Assembly: GCA_029851105.1 (NCBI GenBank)
Contig: CP099822.1
Location: 127,429 to 159,428 of the forward strand
Direction of reading: 5' to 3'
Length of the DNA: 32,000 nt
Source: Candidatus Saccharimonadota bacterium
GTDB lineage: Bacteria; Bacteroidota; Bacteroidia; Flavobacteriales; Blattabacteriaceae
Below, in pieces: positions 18,113-28,134 of this stretch. Position 1 is the stretch's first letter. Every line of letters starts with the position of its first letter. A model generated the notes under the pieces. It saw only the letters and a program-made list of their open reading frames with translations. It was not told the origin of the DNA and did not search any database. The translations under genes were made by a program, and so were the position numbers.

Positions 18113-19558
18113 TTAAAATATTTTTTTAAAAAAAAATGTTATATCTAATTTTTTTTTAAAAAATTTTTTTAATTTTTTTATATTATATCTTTTTTGATTC
18201 ATTTTATCTCTAAATCTTATAGTTACAGTATTATCTATAATAGTTTTTTTATCTATTGTAATACAAAAAGGAGTACCTATAGAATCTTGTTTTTTATATC
18301 TTTTACCAATAGAATAATTTTCATCATAAATTACTGAATATTTAAATTTTAAATAATTAAATATTTTTTTAGATATATTTATTATTTTATTATTGTTTTT
18401 AACAATAGGTAATATTGCTATTTTAAAAGGAGAAATAAAAAAAGGTAATTTTAAATAAGTTCTTTTTTTATTATTTATTATTTCATTTTTAAATGAAGAA
18501 CAAAAAATAGAATAAAAAATTCTATCTAATCCTAATGAAGTTTCTATTACATAAGGTATATATTTTTTTTTTTTTTTATTATCATAAAAATAAAAATTTT
18601 TTTTAGAAAAAATAGAATGTTTTTTTAAATCATAATTTTTTCTAAAATGTATACCTTCTAATTCTTTAAAAGAATTAATAAATTTAAATTCTATATCAGT
18701 AGCAAATTTAGAATAATGAGATAATTTTTTATGTTTTTTTAATTTATATTTTTTTTTACCTAAATTTAAAAATAAATGCCATTTTAATCTAGTATTTATC
18801 CAATATTTATACCATTTTTTTTCTTCTCCAGGATATATAAAAAATTGCATTTCCATTTGTTCAAATTCTTTAGTTCTAAATATAAATTGTTTTGATATTA
18901 TTTCATTTCTAAATGATTTACCTATTTGAGCTATACCAAATGGTATTTTTAAATTATTAGAATTTTTAACATTTTTTATATTTATAAATATACCTTGAGC
19001 AGTTTCAGGTCTTAAAAAAATATATTTATCTTTTTCATTTTTTTTTTTTAATAAATTTAATTTAGTTTTAAACATTAAATTAAAATTATTTATATTATCC
19101 CATATTATTTTTTTTTTTAATTTTAATTTAAAAATAATTTTTTTTAAAAAAATATTTAATTTATTAATTTTATTTTTATTTAAAAAATTATAAAAAATTT
19201 TAATTATTTTTTTTTTTTTTTTAAAAAAAAAAATTATTTTTTTAAATAAATCTTCAATAAAATATATTTTATTATTTTTTTTATTTAAAATAAATAATTC
19301 ATTAAAATTATTAATATGACCAGAAGCTAACCATACTTTATTATTCATTAATATAGAAGTATCTATTCCTACTATATTAGTCCTATATTTTACCATATAT
19401 TCCCACCAAAAATTTTTAATATTATTTTTCATTTCAATACCTTGTGGTCCATAATCATATATAGATTTTATACCATTATAAATTTCACTTGATTTAAATA
19501 TAAAACCATATATTTTAGCATGATTAATAATTAAATCTATTTTTTTTTTTTTAATCAT
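18113..19558 (-). CDS. glyQS: Glycyl-tRNA synthetase, single-chain dimeric type
   Basis: 481-aa ORF with GFIFKSSEIYNGIKSIYDYGPQGIEMKNNIKNFWW, LRPETAQGIF, FGIAQIGKSFRNEI, and ETSLGLDR. Confidence 0.9.
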   Translation of the reverse strand: MIKKKKIDLIINHAKIYGFIFKSSEIYNGIKSIYDYGPQGIEMKNNIKNFWWEYMVKYRTNIVGIDTSILMNNKVWLASGHINNFNELFILNKKNNKIYFIEDLFKKIIFFFKKKKKIIKIFYNFLNKNKINKLNIFLKKIIFKLKLKKKIIWDNINNFNLMFKTKLNLLKKKNEKDKYIFLRPETAQGIFINIKNVKNSNNLKIPFGIAQIGKSFRNEIISKQFIFRTKEFEQMEMQFFIYPGEEKKWYKYWINTRLKWHLFLNLGKKKYKLKKHKKLSHYSKFATDIEFKFINSFKELEGIHFRKNYDLKKHSIFSKKNFYFYDNKKKKKYIPYVIETSLGLDRIFYSIFCSSFKNEIINNKKRTYLKLPFFISPFKIAILPIVKNNNKIINISKKIFNYLKFKYSVIYDENYSIGKRYKKQDSIGTPFCITIDKKTIIDNTVTIRFRDKMNQKRYNIKKLKKFFKKKLDITFFFKKIF

Positions 19559-19593
19559 TTTTTAAAATTTAAAAAATAAAAATTTAATAAAAA

Positions 19594-19666
<73 letters not shown>

Positions 19667-19727
19667 ATAAAATATTAAAAAAAGTATATAATATATTATT
19701 ATTAATATATATAATATAATTATTTTT

Positions 19728-20462
19728 TTAATTTAAAATAAAAAATTTAAAATTTTTAATATAAATATTTTTTTTAAAAAAATTAATATATTCATTATAA
19801 TTTAATTTTATTCTTTTTAAAAAATTTAATTCTAATAATTTTTTTTTATTTAAAAAATATTTATTAATTTTTTTTTTTTTTAATTTTTTAACTAAAATAT
19901 TAATAGCTATATTTTTAGTTATTAATTTTAATATTTTATTTTTTTTCTTATTTTTTTTAATTTTATTATTTTTTAATTTAAATCCTACTATTGATGATAA
20001 TTTATAATTATAATGATTATAAATATTAACATAATTAGATTTTAATAAAAAAAAATTAGATATTACTATTTTTTCTTTAAACATTATATTTAAATCTAAT
20101 AATTTATTATTTATAATTTTATTATTTAATAATTCTTTTTTATTTTTTATTTTTTTTTTAAATATTATATATATAATATTTTTAACAAATTTTTTAAATA
20201 AATTATTATTAATAACAAAATCAGATATTAAATTAATTTTTAATATTACCCCTATATTTTTTTTTTTATTTATACTAGAATAAATAATACCATTATTATT
20301 AATAATTTTTTTATTATTATTAATTTTTAATTTTCTTAAATATTTAATAGATTTTTCTATATCTAAATTATTTTTTTCTAAAGCTTTTTTACATAAAGTA
20401 ATACTAAAATTAGTTTTTTTTCTTAAATTAATAATTTTTTTAATTTCATATTTATTTATCAT
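19728..20462 (-). CDS. tsf: Elongation factor Ts
   Basis: 244-aa ORF with the N-terminal UBA-like motif IINLRKKTNFSITLCKKALEKNNLDIEKSIKYLRK. It lies immediately downstream of rpsB. Confidence 0.82.
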   Translation of the reverse strand: MINKYEIKKIINLRKKTNFSITLCKKALEKNNLDIEKSIKYLRKLKINNNKKIINNNGIIYSSINKKKNIGVILKINLISDFVINNNLFKKFVKNIIYIIFKKKIKNKKELLNNKIINNKLLDLNIMFKEKIVISNFFLLKSNYVNIYNHYNYKLSSIVGFKLKNNKIKKNKKKNKILKLITKNIAINILVKKLKKKKINKYFLNKKKLLELNFLKRIKLNYNEYINFFKKNIYIKNFKFFILN

Positions 20463-21168
20463 TTATTTTTTTTCTTTGTTTTATACCATTTTTTATAGAT
20501 TTTATTAAACCTTTTAAAATATATTTAATAGATTTATAAGAATCATCATTAGCTGGTATTGGATAATCTATATTTTCAGGAGAAGAATCAGTATCAGTTA
20601 TACCTACTATATAAATAAATTTTTTTTTAGCTTCTTTAACTGCTATATATTCTTTTTTAACATCTATTATGATTAAAAATAATGGTAATCTATTTAATTT
20701 AGTAATAGTACCAAATTTTTTATCAATTTTTTTATATTTTCTTTCTATTATTAATTTTTCTTTTTTTGATAAATATTTATATATATATTTTTTTTTATTT
20801 TCAATTTTTTTTTTCTTTTTAATTGATAATTTAGTAACTTTCATATTAGTTAATAATCCAGCTGGCCATTTATAATTTATAAAAGGCATATTAACTTTTT
20901 TAGCATATTTTTCTATAATTTTTTTATTTTGTTTTTTAGTACATACAAATAAAATTAATCCTCCTCTATATGAACATTCTTTTAATGCTAATTCTGCTCT
21001 TTTTTTATATTTAATAACTTTTAAAGGATTTAATATATCTATATTATTAGATTTTAATAAAATAAATTTAGACATTTTAGGATTTCTATTAGATGATTTA
21101 TGTCCTAATAAAATATTTGTTTTTATTAATTTTAATAAAATATTTTTATCAATATTTAAATTTAACAT
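20452..21168 (-). CDS. rpsB: 30S ribosomal protein S2 (the ORF track's start at 21219 is the less likely alternative)
   Basis: Contains LLGHKSSNRNPKMSKFI (cf. GHQTRRWNPKM) and ITDTDSSPENIDYPIPANDDS. The ATG at 21168 leaves about 21 residues before the GH motif, as in other S2 proteins, and sits 5 nt after the rpsI stop. The 21219 start would overlap rpsI by 47 nt. Confidence 0.88.
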   Translation of the reverse strand: MLNLNIDKNILLKLIKTNILLGHKSSNRNPKMSKFILLKSNNIDILNPLKVIKYKKRAELALKECSYRGGLILFVCTKKQNKKIIEKYAKKVNMPFINYKWPAGLLTNMKVTKLSIKKKKKIENKKKYIYKYLSKKEKLIIERKYKKIDKKFGTITKLNRLPLFLIIIDVKKEYIAVKEAKKKFIYIVGITDTDSSPENIDYPIPANDDSYKSIKYILKGLIKSIKNGIKQRKKINDK

Positions 21169-21172
21169 ATAA

Positions 21173-21589
21173 TTAACGTTTTGAAAATTGAAATTTTTTA
21201 CGAGATTTTTTTCTACCAAATTTTTTTCTTTCTACTATTCTAGAATCTCTAGTTAATAAATTTTTTATTTTTAATTTTTTTTTATATTTATTATTTATTA
21301 AACATAATATTTTAGAAATAGCTAATGAAATAGCTTCAGATTGACTATTATTACCACCACCTTTTACTTTTATTTTTATAAAAAAATTATTTTTTATATT
21401 TTTAATAATTTTAAATGGATAAAAAGCTTTTTTAATTAAAAAAATATTATTTTTAAAATATAATTCTTTTTTTTTATTATTTATATTAATAATTTTTTTT
21501 TTTTTATTTTTAAAAAAATAAACTAATGCTATAGAAGTTTTTCTTTTACCTATACTATAATAATAGTTTTTATTATTTAATATTTTCAT
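21173..21589 (-). CDS. rpsI: 30S ribosomal protein S9
   Basis: 138-aa ORF with GGGNNSQSEAISLAISKIL and the C-terminus LLTRDSRIVERKKFGRKKSRKKFQFSKR. Confidence 0.93.
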   Translation of the reverse strand: MKILNNKNYYYSIGKRKTSIALVYFFKNKKKKIININNKKKELYFKNNIFLIKKAFYPFKIIKNIKNNFFIKIKVKGGGNNSQSEAISLAISKILCLINNKYKKKLKIKNLLTRDSRIVERKKFGRKKSRKKFQFSKR

Positions 21590-21597
21590 TATTATAA

Positions 21598-22047
21598 TTA
21601 TATACTATTAATATCTATATATTTAATATTATTATTATTATTTAAATAATTATGATTTTTTTTAAATATAAAAATATTTTTTTTAACAAATTTACCAATT
21701 AAATTTTTAGGTAACATTCTTTCTATAGTTTTTTTTACTAAAAAACATGGTTTCTTTTTATATAAAAAATCCATTTTATATTCTTTTTTATTACCTATAT
21801 AACCTGTATATTTATAATATTTTTTTTTTTTTATTTTTTTTTTATTTATTATAATTTTATCTACATTTATAATAATTATTTTATTAACAAAACTATAATT
21901 AGGAGTATAATTATAATAAATTTTACCTATTAAAATTTTAATAATTTTAGAACAAAATCTTCCTAAAATTTGATTACTAGCATCTAATAAAATTTTTTTT
22001 TTTTTTTTTTTAAAAAAAAATTTTGTTTTTAAACTTAAATATTTCAT
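21598..22047 (-). CDS. rplM: 50S ribosomal protein L13
   Basis: 149-aa ORF with LLDASNQILGRFCSKIIKILIGK and YYKYTGYIG. It forms the conserved rplM-rpsI pair. It contains a sense-strand A19 tract (plus-strand T19, 21993-22011). Confidence 0.88.
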   Translation of the reverse strand: MKYLSLKTKFFFKKKKKKILLDASNQILGRFCSKIIKILIGKIYYNYTPNYSFVNKIIIINVDKIIINKKKIKKKKYYKYTGYIGNKKEYKMDFLYKKKPCFLVKKTIERMLPKNLIGKFVKKNIFIFKKNHNYLNNNNNIKYIDINSI

Positions 22048-22123
22048 TTTAATTTTTTTATGAAAAATATTTTTTATATAATATAAAAAATGTTATATAT
22101 AAATATAATAAATAAATATAAAT

Positions 22124-24031
22124 ATGAATAATAAAATAATAGGTATTGATTTAGGTACTACAAATTCTTGTGTAGCTGTTATGGAAGGACAAAATCCTGT
22201 TGTAATACCTAATTCAGAAGGTAAAAGAACTACACCTTCAATAGTTGCTTTTATTAAAAATGATAAAAAAGTTGGTGATTTTGCTAAAAGACAATCTGTT
22301 ACAAATCCTAAAAACACTATTTATTCTATTAAAAGATTTATAGGTAGAAAATATGATGAAATAATAAAAGAAATAAAAAATTTCCCATATATTATTGAAA
22401 AAGGTAAAAATGATACACCTTGTGTAAAAATAGAAGATAAATTATATACACCTCAAGAAATTTCTTCAATTATTTTACAAAAATTAAAAAAAGATGCTGA
22501 AGAATATTTAGGTCAAAAAATAAATAAAGCAGTTATAACAGTACCTGCTTATTTTAATGATTCTCAAAGACAAGCTACTAAAGAAGCTGGTGAAATAGCA
22601 GGATTAAAAGTAGAAAGAATTATAAATGAACCTACTTCTGCTGCTTTAGCTTATGGATTAGATAAAAGTAATAATAATAAAAAAATAGTAGTTTATGATT
22701 TAGGTGGTGGTACATTTGATGTTTCTATTTTAGAATTAGGTGATGGTGTATTTGAAGTATTATCTACTAATGGTGATACACATTTAGGAGGTGATGATTT
22801 TGATCAAATATTAATAAATTGGTTAGCAGATTATTTTTTAAAAAAAGAAAATATAAATTTAAAAAATGATCCAATTTCTCATCAAAGATTAAAAGAAGCT
22901 GCTGAAAAAGCTAAAATTGAATTATCACATAATATAGAAACTGAAATTAATTTACCTTATATTACAGTAACTAATAGTGGTCCTAAACATTTAATAAAAA
23001 AAATTACTAGATCTAGTTTTGAAAAATTATCTTATAATTTAATAAAAAGTACATTAAAACCTTGTAAAAAAGCTTTAAAAGATGCTAAATTAAATGTTAA
23101 TGATATAGATGAAATAATATTAGTAGGTGGTTCTACTAGAATACCAAAAATACAAGAAGAAGTAGAAAAATTTTTTAAAAAAAAACCTTCTAAAAATGTT
23201 AATCCAGATGAAGTAGTAGCAATAGGAGCAGCTATACAAGGTGGTGTATTAACAGGTGATGTTAAAGATGTATTATTATTAGATGTTACACCTTTATCAT
23301 TAGGTATAGAAACATTAGGAGGAGTATTTACTAAATTAATAGAAGCTAATACTACTATACCAACTAAAAAATCTGAAGTATTTTCAACTGCTACAGATAA
23401 TCAATCTACTGTTACTATTAGAGTAGGTCAAGGTGAAAGACCATTATTTAATGATAATAAAGAAATAGGTAGATTTGATTTAATAGATATACCTTTAGCA
23501 CCTAGAGGAGTACCTCAAATAGAAGTTATTTTTGATATAGATGTAAATGGTATTTTAAATGTATCAGCAAAAGATAAAGGTACTGGTAAAAAACAATCTA
23601 TTAAAATAGAAGCTTCTTCAGGATTAAGTAAAAATGATATAGAAAAAATGAAAGAAGAAGCAAAAAAAAATTATGAAAAAGATAAAGAAAAAAAAGAACA
23701 AATAGAAAAATTAAATATTACTGATTCTTTAATATTTCAAACAGAAAAACAAATAAAAGAAAATAAAGAAAAAATATCTAAAGATAATATTAAAAAATTA
23801 GAAAATATTTTAATAAAATTAAAATCTTCTTATACATCTAAAAATTTTAAAGATATAGATATATATACAAAAGAATTAAATGAATTATGGAGTGTAATAT
23901 ATAAAGATTTATATCAAACTCAACCTAAAGAAGAAAATATTAAAACTGATAATAGTAATAATAATAATAAAAAAAAAAATAAAGAAAAAGAAAAAAAAAC
24001 AAAAGATGTAGATTATGAAGAAGTAAAATAA
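22124..24031 (+). CDS. dnaK: Molecular chaperone DnaK (Hsp70)
   Basis: 635-aa ORF with [38 protein letters not shown] and a C-terminal EEVK. It is visibly less AT-eroded than its neighbours. Confidence 0.98.
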   Translation: MNNKIIGIDLGTTNSCVAVMEGQNPVVIPNSEGKRTTPSIVAFIKNDKKVGDFAKRQSVTNPKNTIYSIKRFIGRKYDEIIKEIKNFPYIIEKGKNDTPCVKIEDKLYTPQEISSIILQKLKKDAEEYLGQKINKAVITVPAYFNDSQRQATKEAGEIAGLKVERIINEPTSAALAYGLDKSNNNKKIVVYDLGGGTFDVSILELGDGVFEVLSTNGDTHLGGDDFDQILINWLADYFLKKENINLKNDPISHQRLKEAAEKAKIELSHNIETEINLPYITVTNSGPKHLIKKITRSSFEKLSYNLIKSTLKPCKKALKDAKLNVNDIDEIILVGGSTRIPKIQEEVEKFFKKKPSKNVNPDEVVAIGAAIQGGVLTGDVKDVLLLDVTPLSLGIETLGGVFTKLIEANTTIPTKKSEVFSTATDNQSTVTIRVGQGERPLFNDNKEIGRFDLIDIPLAPRGVPQIEVIFDIDVNGILNVSAKDKGTGKKQSIKIEASSGLSKNDIEKMKEEAKKNYEKDKEKKEQIEKLNITDSLIFQTEKQIKENKEKISKDNIKKLENILIKLKSSYTSKNFKDIDIYTKELNELWSVIYKDLYQTQPKEENIKTDNSNNNNKKKNKEKEKKTKDVDYEEVK

Positions 24032-24055
24032 TTTTTTTTTTAAAAATTAAAAATT

Positions 24056-24097
24056 AAAAAAAAAGTTGTTTAATTTTTAAATTAAACAACTTTTTTT
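24056..24097 (+). terminator. Rho-independent-type hairpin between dnaK and the convergent tRNA-Arg; potentially bidirectional (A run, stem, T run)
   Basis: Perfect inverted repeat AAAAGTTGTTTAAT (24061-24074) / ATTAAACAACTTTT (24081-24094) with a 6-nt loop. It is followed by a T run to 24097 and preceded by an A run from 24056. Confidence 0.6.
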
Positions 24098-24109
24098 AAT
24101 TATAAATTA

Positions 24110-24182
24110 TAACCTCGAAAGGATTTGAACCTTTAATCTTCTGATTCGTAATCAGATATTTTTCCTTTTAAACTACGAGGTT
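24110..24182 (-). tRNA. tRNA-Arg (anticodon ACG), 73 nt, A1:U72 first pair, no encoded CCA
   Basis: The reverse complement has acceptor AACCTCG/CGAGGTT, D stem GTTT/AAAT (including G10:U25), anticodon stem TCTGA/TCAGA with loop TTACGAA, and T arm AAAGG-TTCAAAT-CCTTT. Confidence 0.88.
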
Positions 24183-24192
24183 TTAAAAAAAT

Positions 24193-25071
24193 ATGAATAA
24201 TAATATAAAATTATTAAATGATAAAAGATTTTTTATTATAGATATATATATATATATATATAAATATTTTTTTTATTATAAAAAATTTTATAAAAAAAAT
24301 TGTATATTAATAGGATTTTTAAATTTTATATTTAATTTTTTAAAAGAAAAAAAACCTACTTATATAGTAGTAATTTTTGATACTAAATTAAAATATAATT
24401 ATAAAAAAATTTATTTTATTAATTATAAAATAAATAGGAAAAAAATACCTAAACAAATTATATATTTTATACCTAAATTTAAAAAAATTTTAAAATTATT
24501 AAATATACCTTTTTTTTATATAAAAAATTATGAAGCTGATGATGTAATAGGTACTATTATAAAAAAAAATGAAAAAAGAGGATTTATTAATTATATAATT
24601 ACTGAAGATAAAGATTTTTATCAATTAATATCTAATAAAACATTTATTTTAAATATAAAAAAAAAAAAATGTATAGATATTAATTTTATTTTAAATAAAT
24701 ATAATATAAAAAATATTAAACAATATATAGATATAATTAGTTTAGTGGGTGATAAATCAGATAATATACCTGGTATACCTAATGTAGGATTTAAAACAGC
24801 TAATATTTTATTAAAAAAATATAATAATATTGAAAATATTTTTTCTTCTTCTAAAGAAGAAAAATATAAAAAAAAAATTTTAAAATATAAATATTTAGCT
24901 AAAATATCTAAAAAATTATTTAAAATAAAAACTAATTTAAAAATTAAAAAAAAAATTATATTTTTTTATAGAAAAAAAATAAATTTTTTTATTTTTAAAA
25001 AAATATTATTAAATATAAATAAAAAATATTTTAATAAAAAAATTAAAAATTTTAATTATTTTTATATATAA
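24193..25071 (+). CDS. Stand-alone 5'-3' exonuclease (Pol I N-terminal / FEN-like domain only)
   Basis: 292-aa ORF with YEADDVIGT, ITEDKDFYQL and the H3TH region SLVGDKSDNIPGIPNVGFKTANILLKKY. No polymerase domain follows, because tgt begins 17 nt later on the other strand. Confidence 0.82.
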   Translation: MNNNIKLLNDKRFFIIDIYIYIYKYFFYYKKFYKKNCILIGFLNFIFNFLKEKKPTYIVVIFDTKLKYNYKKIYFINYKINRKKIPKQIIYFIPKFKKILKLLNIPFFYIKNYEADDVIGTIIKKNEKRGFINYIITEDKDFYQLISNKTFILNIKKKKCIDINFILNKYNIKNIKQYIDIISLVGDKSDNIPGIPNVGFKTANILLKKYNNIENIFSSSKEEKYKKKILKYKYLAKISKKLFKIKTNLKIKKKIIFFYRKKINFFIFKKILLNINKKYFNKKIKNFNYFYI

Positions 25072-25087
25072 AAAAAAATAAATAATA

Positions 25088-26218
25088 TTATAATTTTTTT
25101 TTAATAATAGGTATTATTTTATTTTTCCATTTATTAAATGTATTATTTTTAATATGAAATTTAGCTTCTTTAATTAAAGATATATAAAAATATATATTAT
25201 TAATAGTAGCTATTGTTTTAGCTGAAATATCTTTACTTTTAAATAAATGTCTTAAATAAGATTTACTAATATTTTTTTTTTTAATATTATTATTATTATA
25301 TATATTAATATCAGAATAATTATATTTCCATTTTTTATTTTTTATATTTATTATACCATCCCAAGTAAAAATCATACCATTTCTACCATTTCTTGTAGGT
25401 ATAACACAATCAAACATATCTATACCTAGAGAAATAGAATTTAATATATCCCAAGGCATACCTACTCCCATTAAATATCTAGGTTTATTATTAGGTAATT
25501 CATTAATAACATATTTTATAATTTTAAACATTTTATTTTTAGTTTCTCCTACTTGTAAACCTCCTATAGCAAAACCATCTAATTCTAATTTAGAAGTTTT
25601 AATAGTATATTTTATTCTAATATCTTTATATAATCCACCTTGAATAATACCAAATAAATATTGTTTATGATTATAAATTTTTTTCTTTTTTTTAAAATAA
25701 TTTATACATTCTATTAACCAATTATAAGTTCTATCAGTTGCTAATTTAACATAATTTTTATTAACATTATATTTTATACATTCATCAAAAGATGTTATTA
25801 TATCAGACCCTATATATTTTTGTATCTTAATAGATTTTTTAGGAGTAAAAAAATAAAAATTACCATTTTTATAACTTTTTATATAACAACCATTTTTATT
25901 AATTAATTTTTCTTTAGATAAAGAATAAACTTGAAAACCTCCACTATCAGTTATTATTGGTTTATTCCATTTCATAAATGAATGTAATCCACCCGCTTTA
26001 TATATTACTTTTATACCTGGTTCAATATTTAAATGAAAAGTATTACTTAATATAATATCAGGATTAAGAATATTTAAATTTTCTTTAGTTATAGATTTAA
26101 TATAACCTTTAGTAGCTATTGGCATAAATATAGGTGTATTAACTTTACCATGATCTGTTAAAAAATATCCTATTCTAGCATTTGAATTTTTATCTTTATA
26201 TAAAATTTTAAAATTCAT
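25088..26218 (-). CDS. tgt: Queuine tRNA-ribosyltransferase
   Basis: 376-aa ORF with TPIFMPIATKG, ITDSGGFQV, GFAIGGLQVGE, PRYLMGVGMPWDIL and FDCVIPTRNGRNG. Confidence 0.93.
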   Translation of the reverse strand: MNFKILYKDKNSNARIGYFLTDHGKVNTPIFMPIATKGYIKSITKENLNILNPDIILSNTFHLNIEPGIKVIYKAGGLHSFMKWNKPIITDSGGFQVYSLSKEKLINKNGCYIKSYKNGNFYFFTPKKSIKIQKYIGSDIITSFDECIKYNVNKNYVKLATDRTYNWLIECINYFKKKKKIYNHKQYLFGIIQGGLYKDIRIKYTIKTSKLELDGFAIGGLQVGETKNKMFKIIKYVINELPNNKPRYLMGVGMPWDILNSISLGIDMFDCVIPTRNGRNGMIFTWDGIINIKNKKWKYNYSDINIYNNNNIKKKNISKSYLRHLFKSKDISAKTIATINNIYFYISLIKEAKFHIKNNTFNKWKNKIIPIIKKKL

Positions 26219-26268
26219 TTTTTTAAAAAAAAAAATATTATATTAATAATAATTTAATAATAAAAAAA

Positions 26269-28116
26269 ATGAATAAAAAAAATGATATTTCTATAATTTT
26301 TTCTGGTTTTTCAGGTGAAGGTATTCAATTTATGGGATATCATTTTTCTTATATATTATATAAAAAAAAATTTTTTATAAAAACTTTTAGTGAAATACCA
26401 TCAGAAATTTTTTCTCCTAAAAAAAAATTTTCAGATATATCTAATTATATAATTAGATTTTCTGATAAAAAAATAATAAGTTATGAAAAATTATCTACTA
26501 TTTTAATAGTTACTAATTATTTATCTTTAAAAAAAAATTTAAAAAAAATTAAAAATAATAGTTTAATAATAATAGATTTAAATGAAAAAAATTTAAAAAT
26601 TTTTAAAAAAAAAAAATTATTTTTAATTATTAAAAATAAATATAAAATATTTATTTTAAATAGTTTAAATTATATTAATTTTAATTTTTTAATTAAAAAT
26701 AATATTAAAAAATTATCTTATATAAATTTTTTAAAAAATTCATTTTTATTAGGAATATTATTATATATAATAAATTTTTCTAAAAAATATTCATTAGAAT
26801 TTTTTAAAAAAAAAATTAAAAATAAAAAATTATTATTAATAAATAATTTTATTTTAAAAGAAGGTATAAATTATGCTAAAAAAAATATTAAATATAAATA
26901 TAAAATATTTTTTAAAAAAAAAAAAAAAAAAAATATATATAAATTAATAAATGGTAATTATGGTATAGTTTTAGGATTAATAAGTAGTTCAATTAAAAAT
27001 AATATTAATATTTATTATTCTAGTTATCCAATAACCCCTGCTACTAATATATATAAATATTTTAATAAATATAAAAATATATGTAATATAAAAATGTTAA
27101 AATCTGAAGATGAAATTAGTTCTATTTGTTCAGCTATAGGTGCTTCATTTACTGGAATAATAGGAATAACAGCTACATCTGGTCCAGGTATGTCTTTAAT
27201 ACAAGAATCTTTAGGATTAGCTGTAATGTTAGAATTACCATTAATAATTATAAATGTTCAAAGAGGGGGGCCATCTACAGGATTACCTACTAAATTAGAA
27301 CAATCAGATTTAATGCAATCAATATATGGTAGACATGGTGAATCTCCTATTCCTGTTTTTTCTATTAGTTCTATTAAAAGTAGTTTTAAAATTTCTTTTT
27401 ATGCTATTAAAATAGCTTTAGAATTTATGACCCCTATTATAATATTAAGTGATATTTATATATCTAATAATTTAGATTTATGGAATATTTTAAAATATAA
27501 AAAATATAAAAAAAAAAATTTTTTAAAAAAAAATATTAATTTAATAAAAAAAAAAAAAGATTTATTTAAAAGAAATAAATATTATACTAAACCATGGTAT
27601 TATCCTGGATATAATTATAAATATTTTAAAAAAAAAAATTATGAATATTGTATAGGTGGATTAGAAAAAAATTTTTCAAATGAAAATATTTCATGTAATA
27701 ATATTAATCATGAAAAAATGGTTAAAATAAGACAAAAAAAAATAAATTCAATAATTAAAAAATATAGAAATAAATTTTATATAAAAAAAGGATTAAAAAA
27801 AGGTAAAATATTAATAATTAGTTGGGGATCTACTTATGAAATAATAAAAGAATCAGTTTTAATATTAATAAAAAAAAAATATAAAATAGGTTTTTTACAT
27901 TTAGAATGCATATATCCATTAAATTATAAAATAATTAATAAAATTATTAAAAATTTTAATAAAATAATTTTTTTAGAATTAAATAATAAACAATTAATTT
28001 ATATTATTAAAAGTTATTGTAATTTTTTTGAAAAAAAAATTTATTCTTTTAATAAAATACAAGGTATACCTTTTAATATAAAAGAAATAATAAAAAAAAT
28101 TAAAAATATATATTAA
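26269..28116 (+). CDS. korA: 2-oxoglutarate:ferredoxin oxidoreductase, alpha subunit
   Basis: 615-aa ORF with NGNYGIVLGLISS...YSSYPITPATNI, SEDEISSICSAIGASFTG, TATSGPGMSLIQESLGLAVMLELPLIIINVQRGGPSTGLPT and QSDL. It contains an in-frame A20 tract (26914-26933). Confidence 0.85.
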   Translation: MNKKNDISIIFSGFSGEGIQFMGYHFSYILYKKKFFIKTFSEIPSEIFSPKKKFSDISNYIIRFSDKKIISYEKLSTILIVTNYLSLKKNLKKIKNNSLIIIDLNEKNLKIFKKKKLFLIIKNKYKIFILNSLNYINFNFLIKNNIKKLSYINFLKNSFLLGILLYIINFSKKYSLEFFKKKIKNKKLLLINNFILKEGINYAKKNIKYKYKIFFKKKKKKNIYKLINGNYGIVLGLISSSIKNNINIYYSSYPITPATNIYKYFNKYKNICNIKMLKSEDEISSICSAIGASFTGIIGITATSGPGMSLIQESLGLAVMLELPLIIINVQRGGPSTGLPTKLEQSDLMQSIYGRHGESPIPVFSISSIKSSFKISFYAIKIALEFMTPIIILSDIYISNNLDLWNILKYKKYKKKNFLKKNINLIKKKKDLFKRNKYYTKPWYYPGYNYKYFKKKNYEYCIGGLEKNFSNENISCNNINHEKMVKIRQKKINSIIKKYRNKFYIKKGLKKGKILIISWGSTYEIIKESVLILIKKKYKIGFLHLECIYPLNYKIINKIIKNFNKIIFLELNNKQLIYIIKSYCNFFEKKIYSFNKIQGIPFNIKEIIKKIKNIY

Positions 28117-28134
28117 TATTAATATTAATATAAT

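Noticed and set aside
20669-20875. 68-aa plus-strand ORF from the ORF track
   Set aside because: It lies entirely antisense within rpsB. Its sequence is low-complexity and rich in Phe, Leu and Ile (the mirror of Lys/Asn-rich coding sequence), and it has no recognisable motif. It is a shadow ORF.
21169-21219. N-terminal extension of rpsB back to the ATG at 21219
   Set aside because: It would overlap rpsI by 47 nt and add 17 residues not seen at S2 N-termini. The ATG at 21168 gives normal spacing to the GH...NPKM motif. It is kept only as an alternative.
22093-22317. 74-aa minus-strand ORF from the ORF track
   Set aside because: It is antisense to the highly conserved 5' end of dnaK and stays open only because that segment is relatively GC-rich. 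It has no motif and is a shadow ORF.
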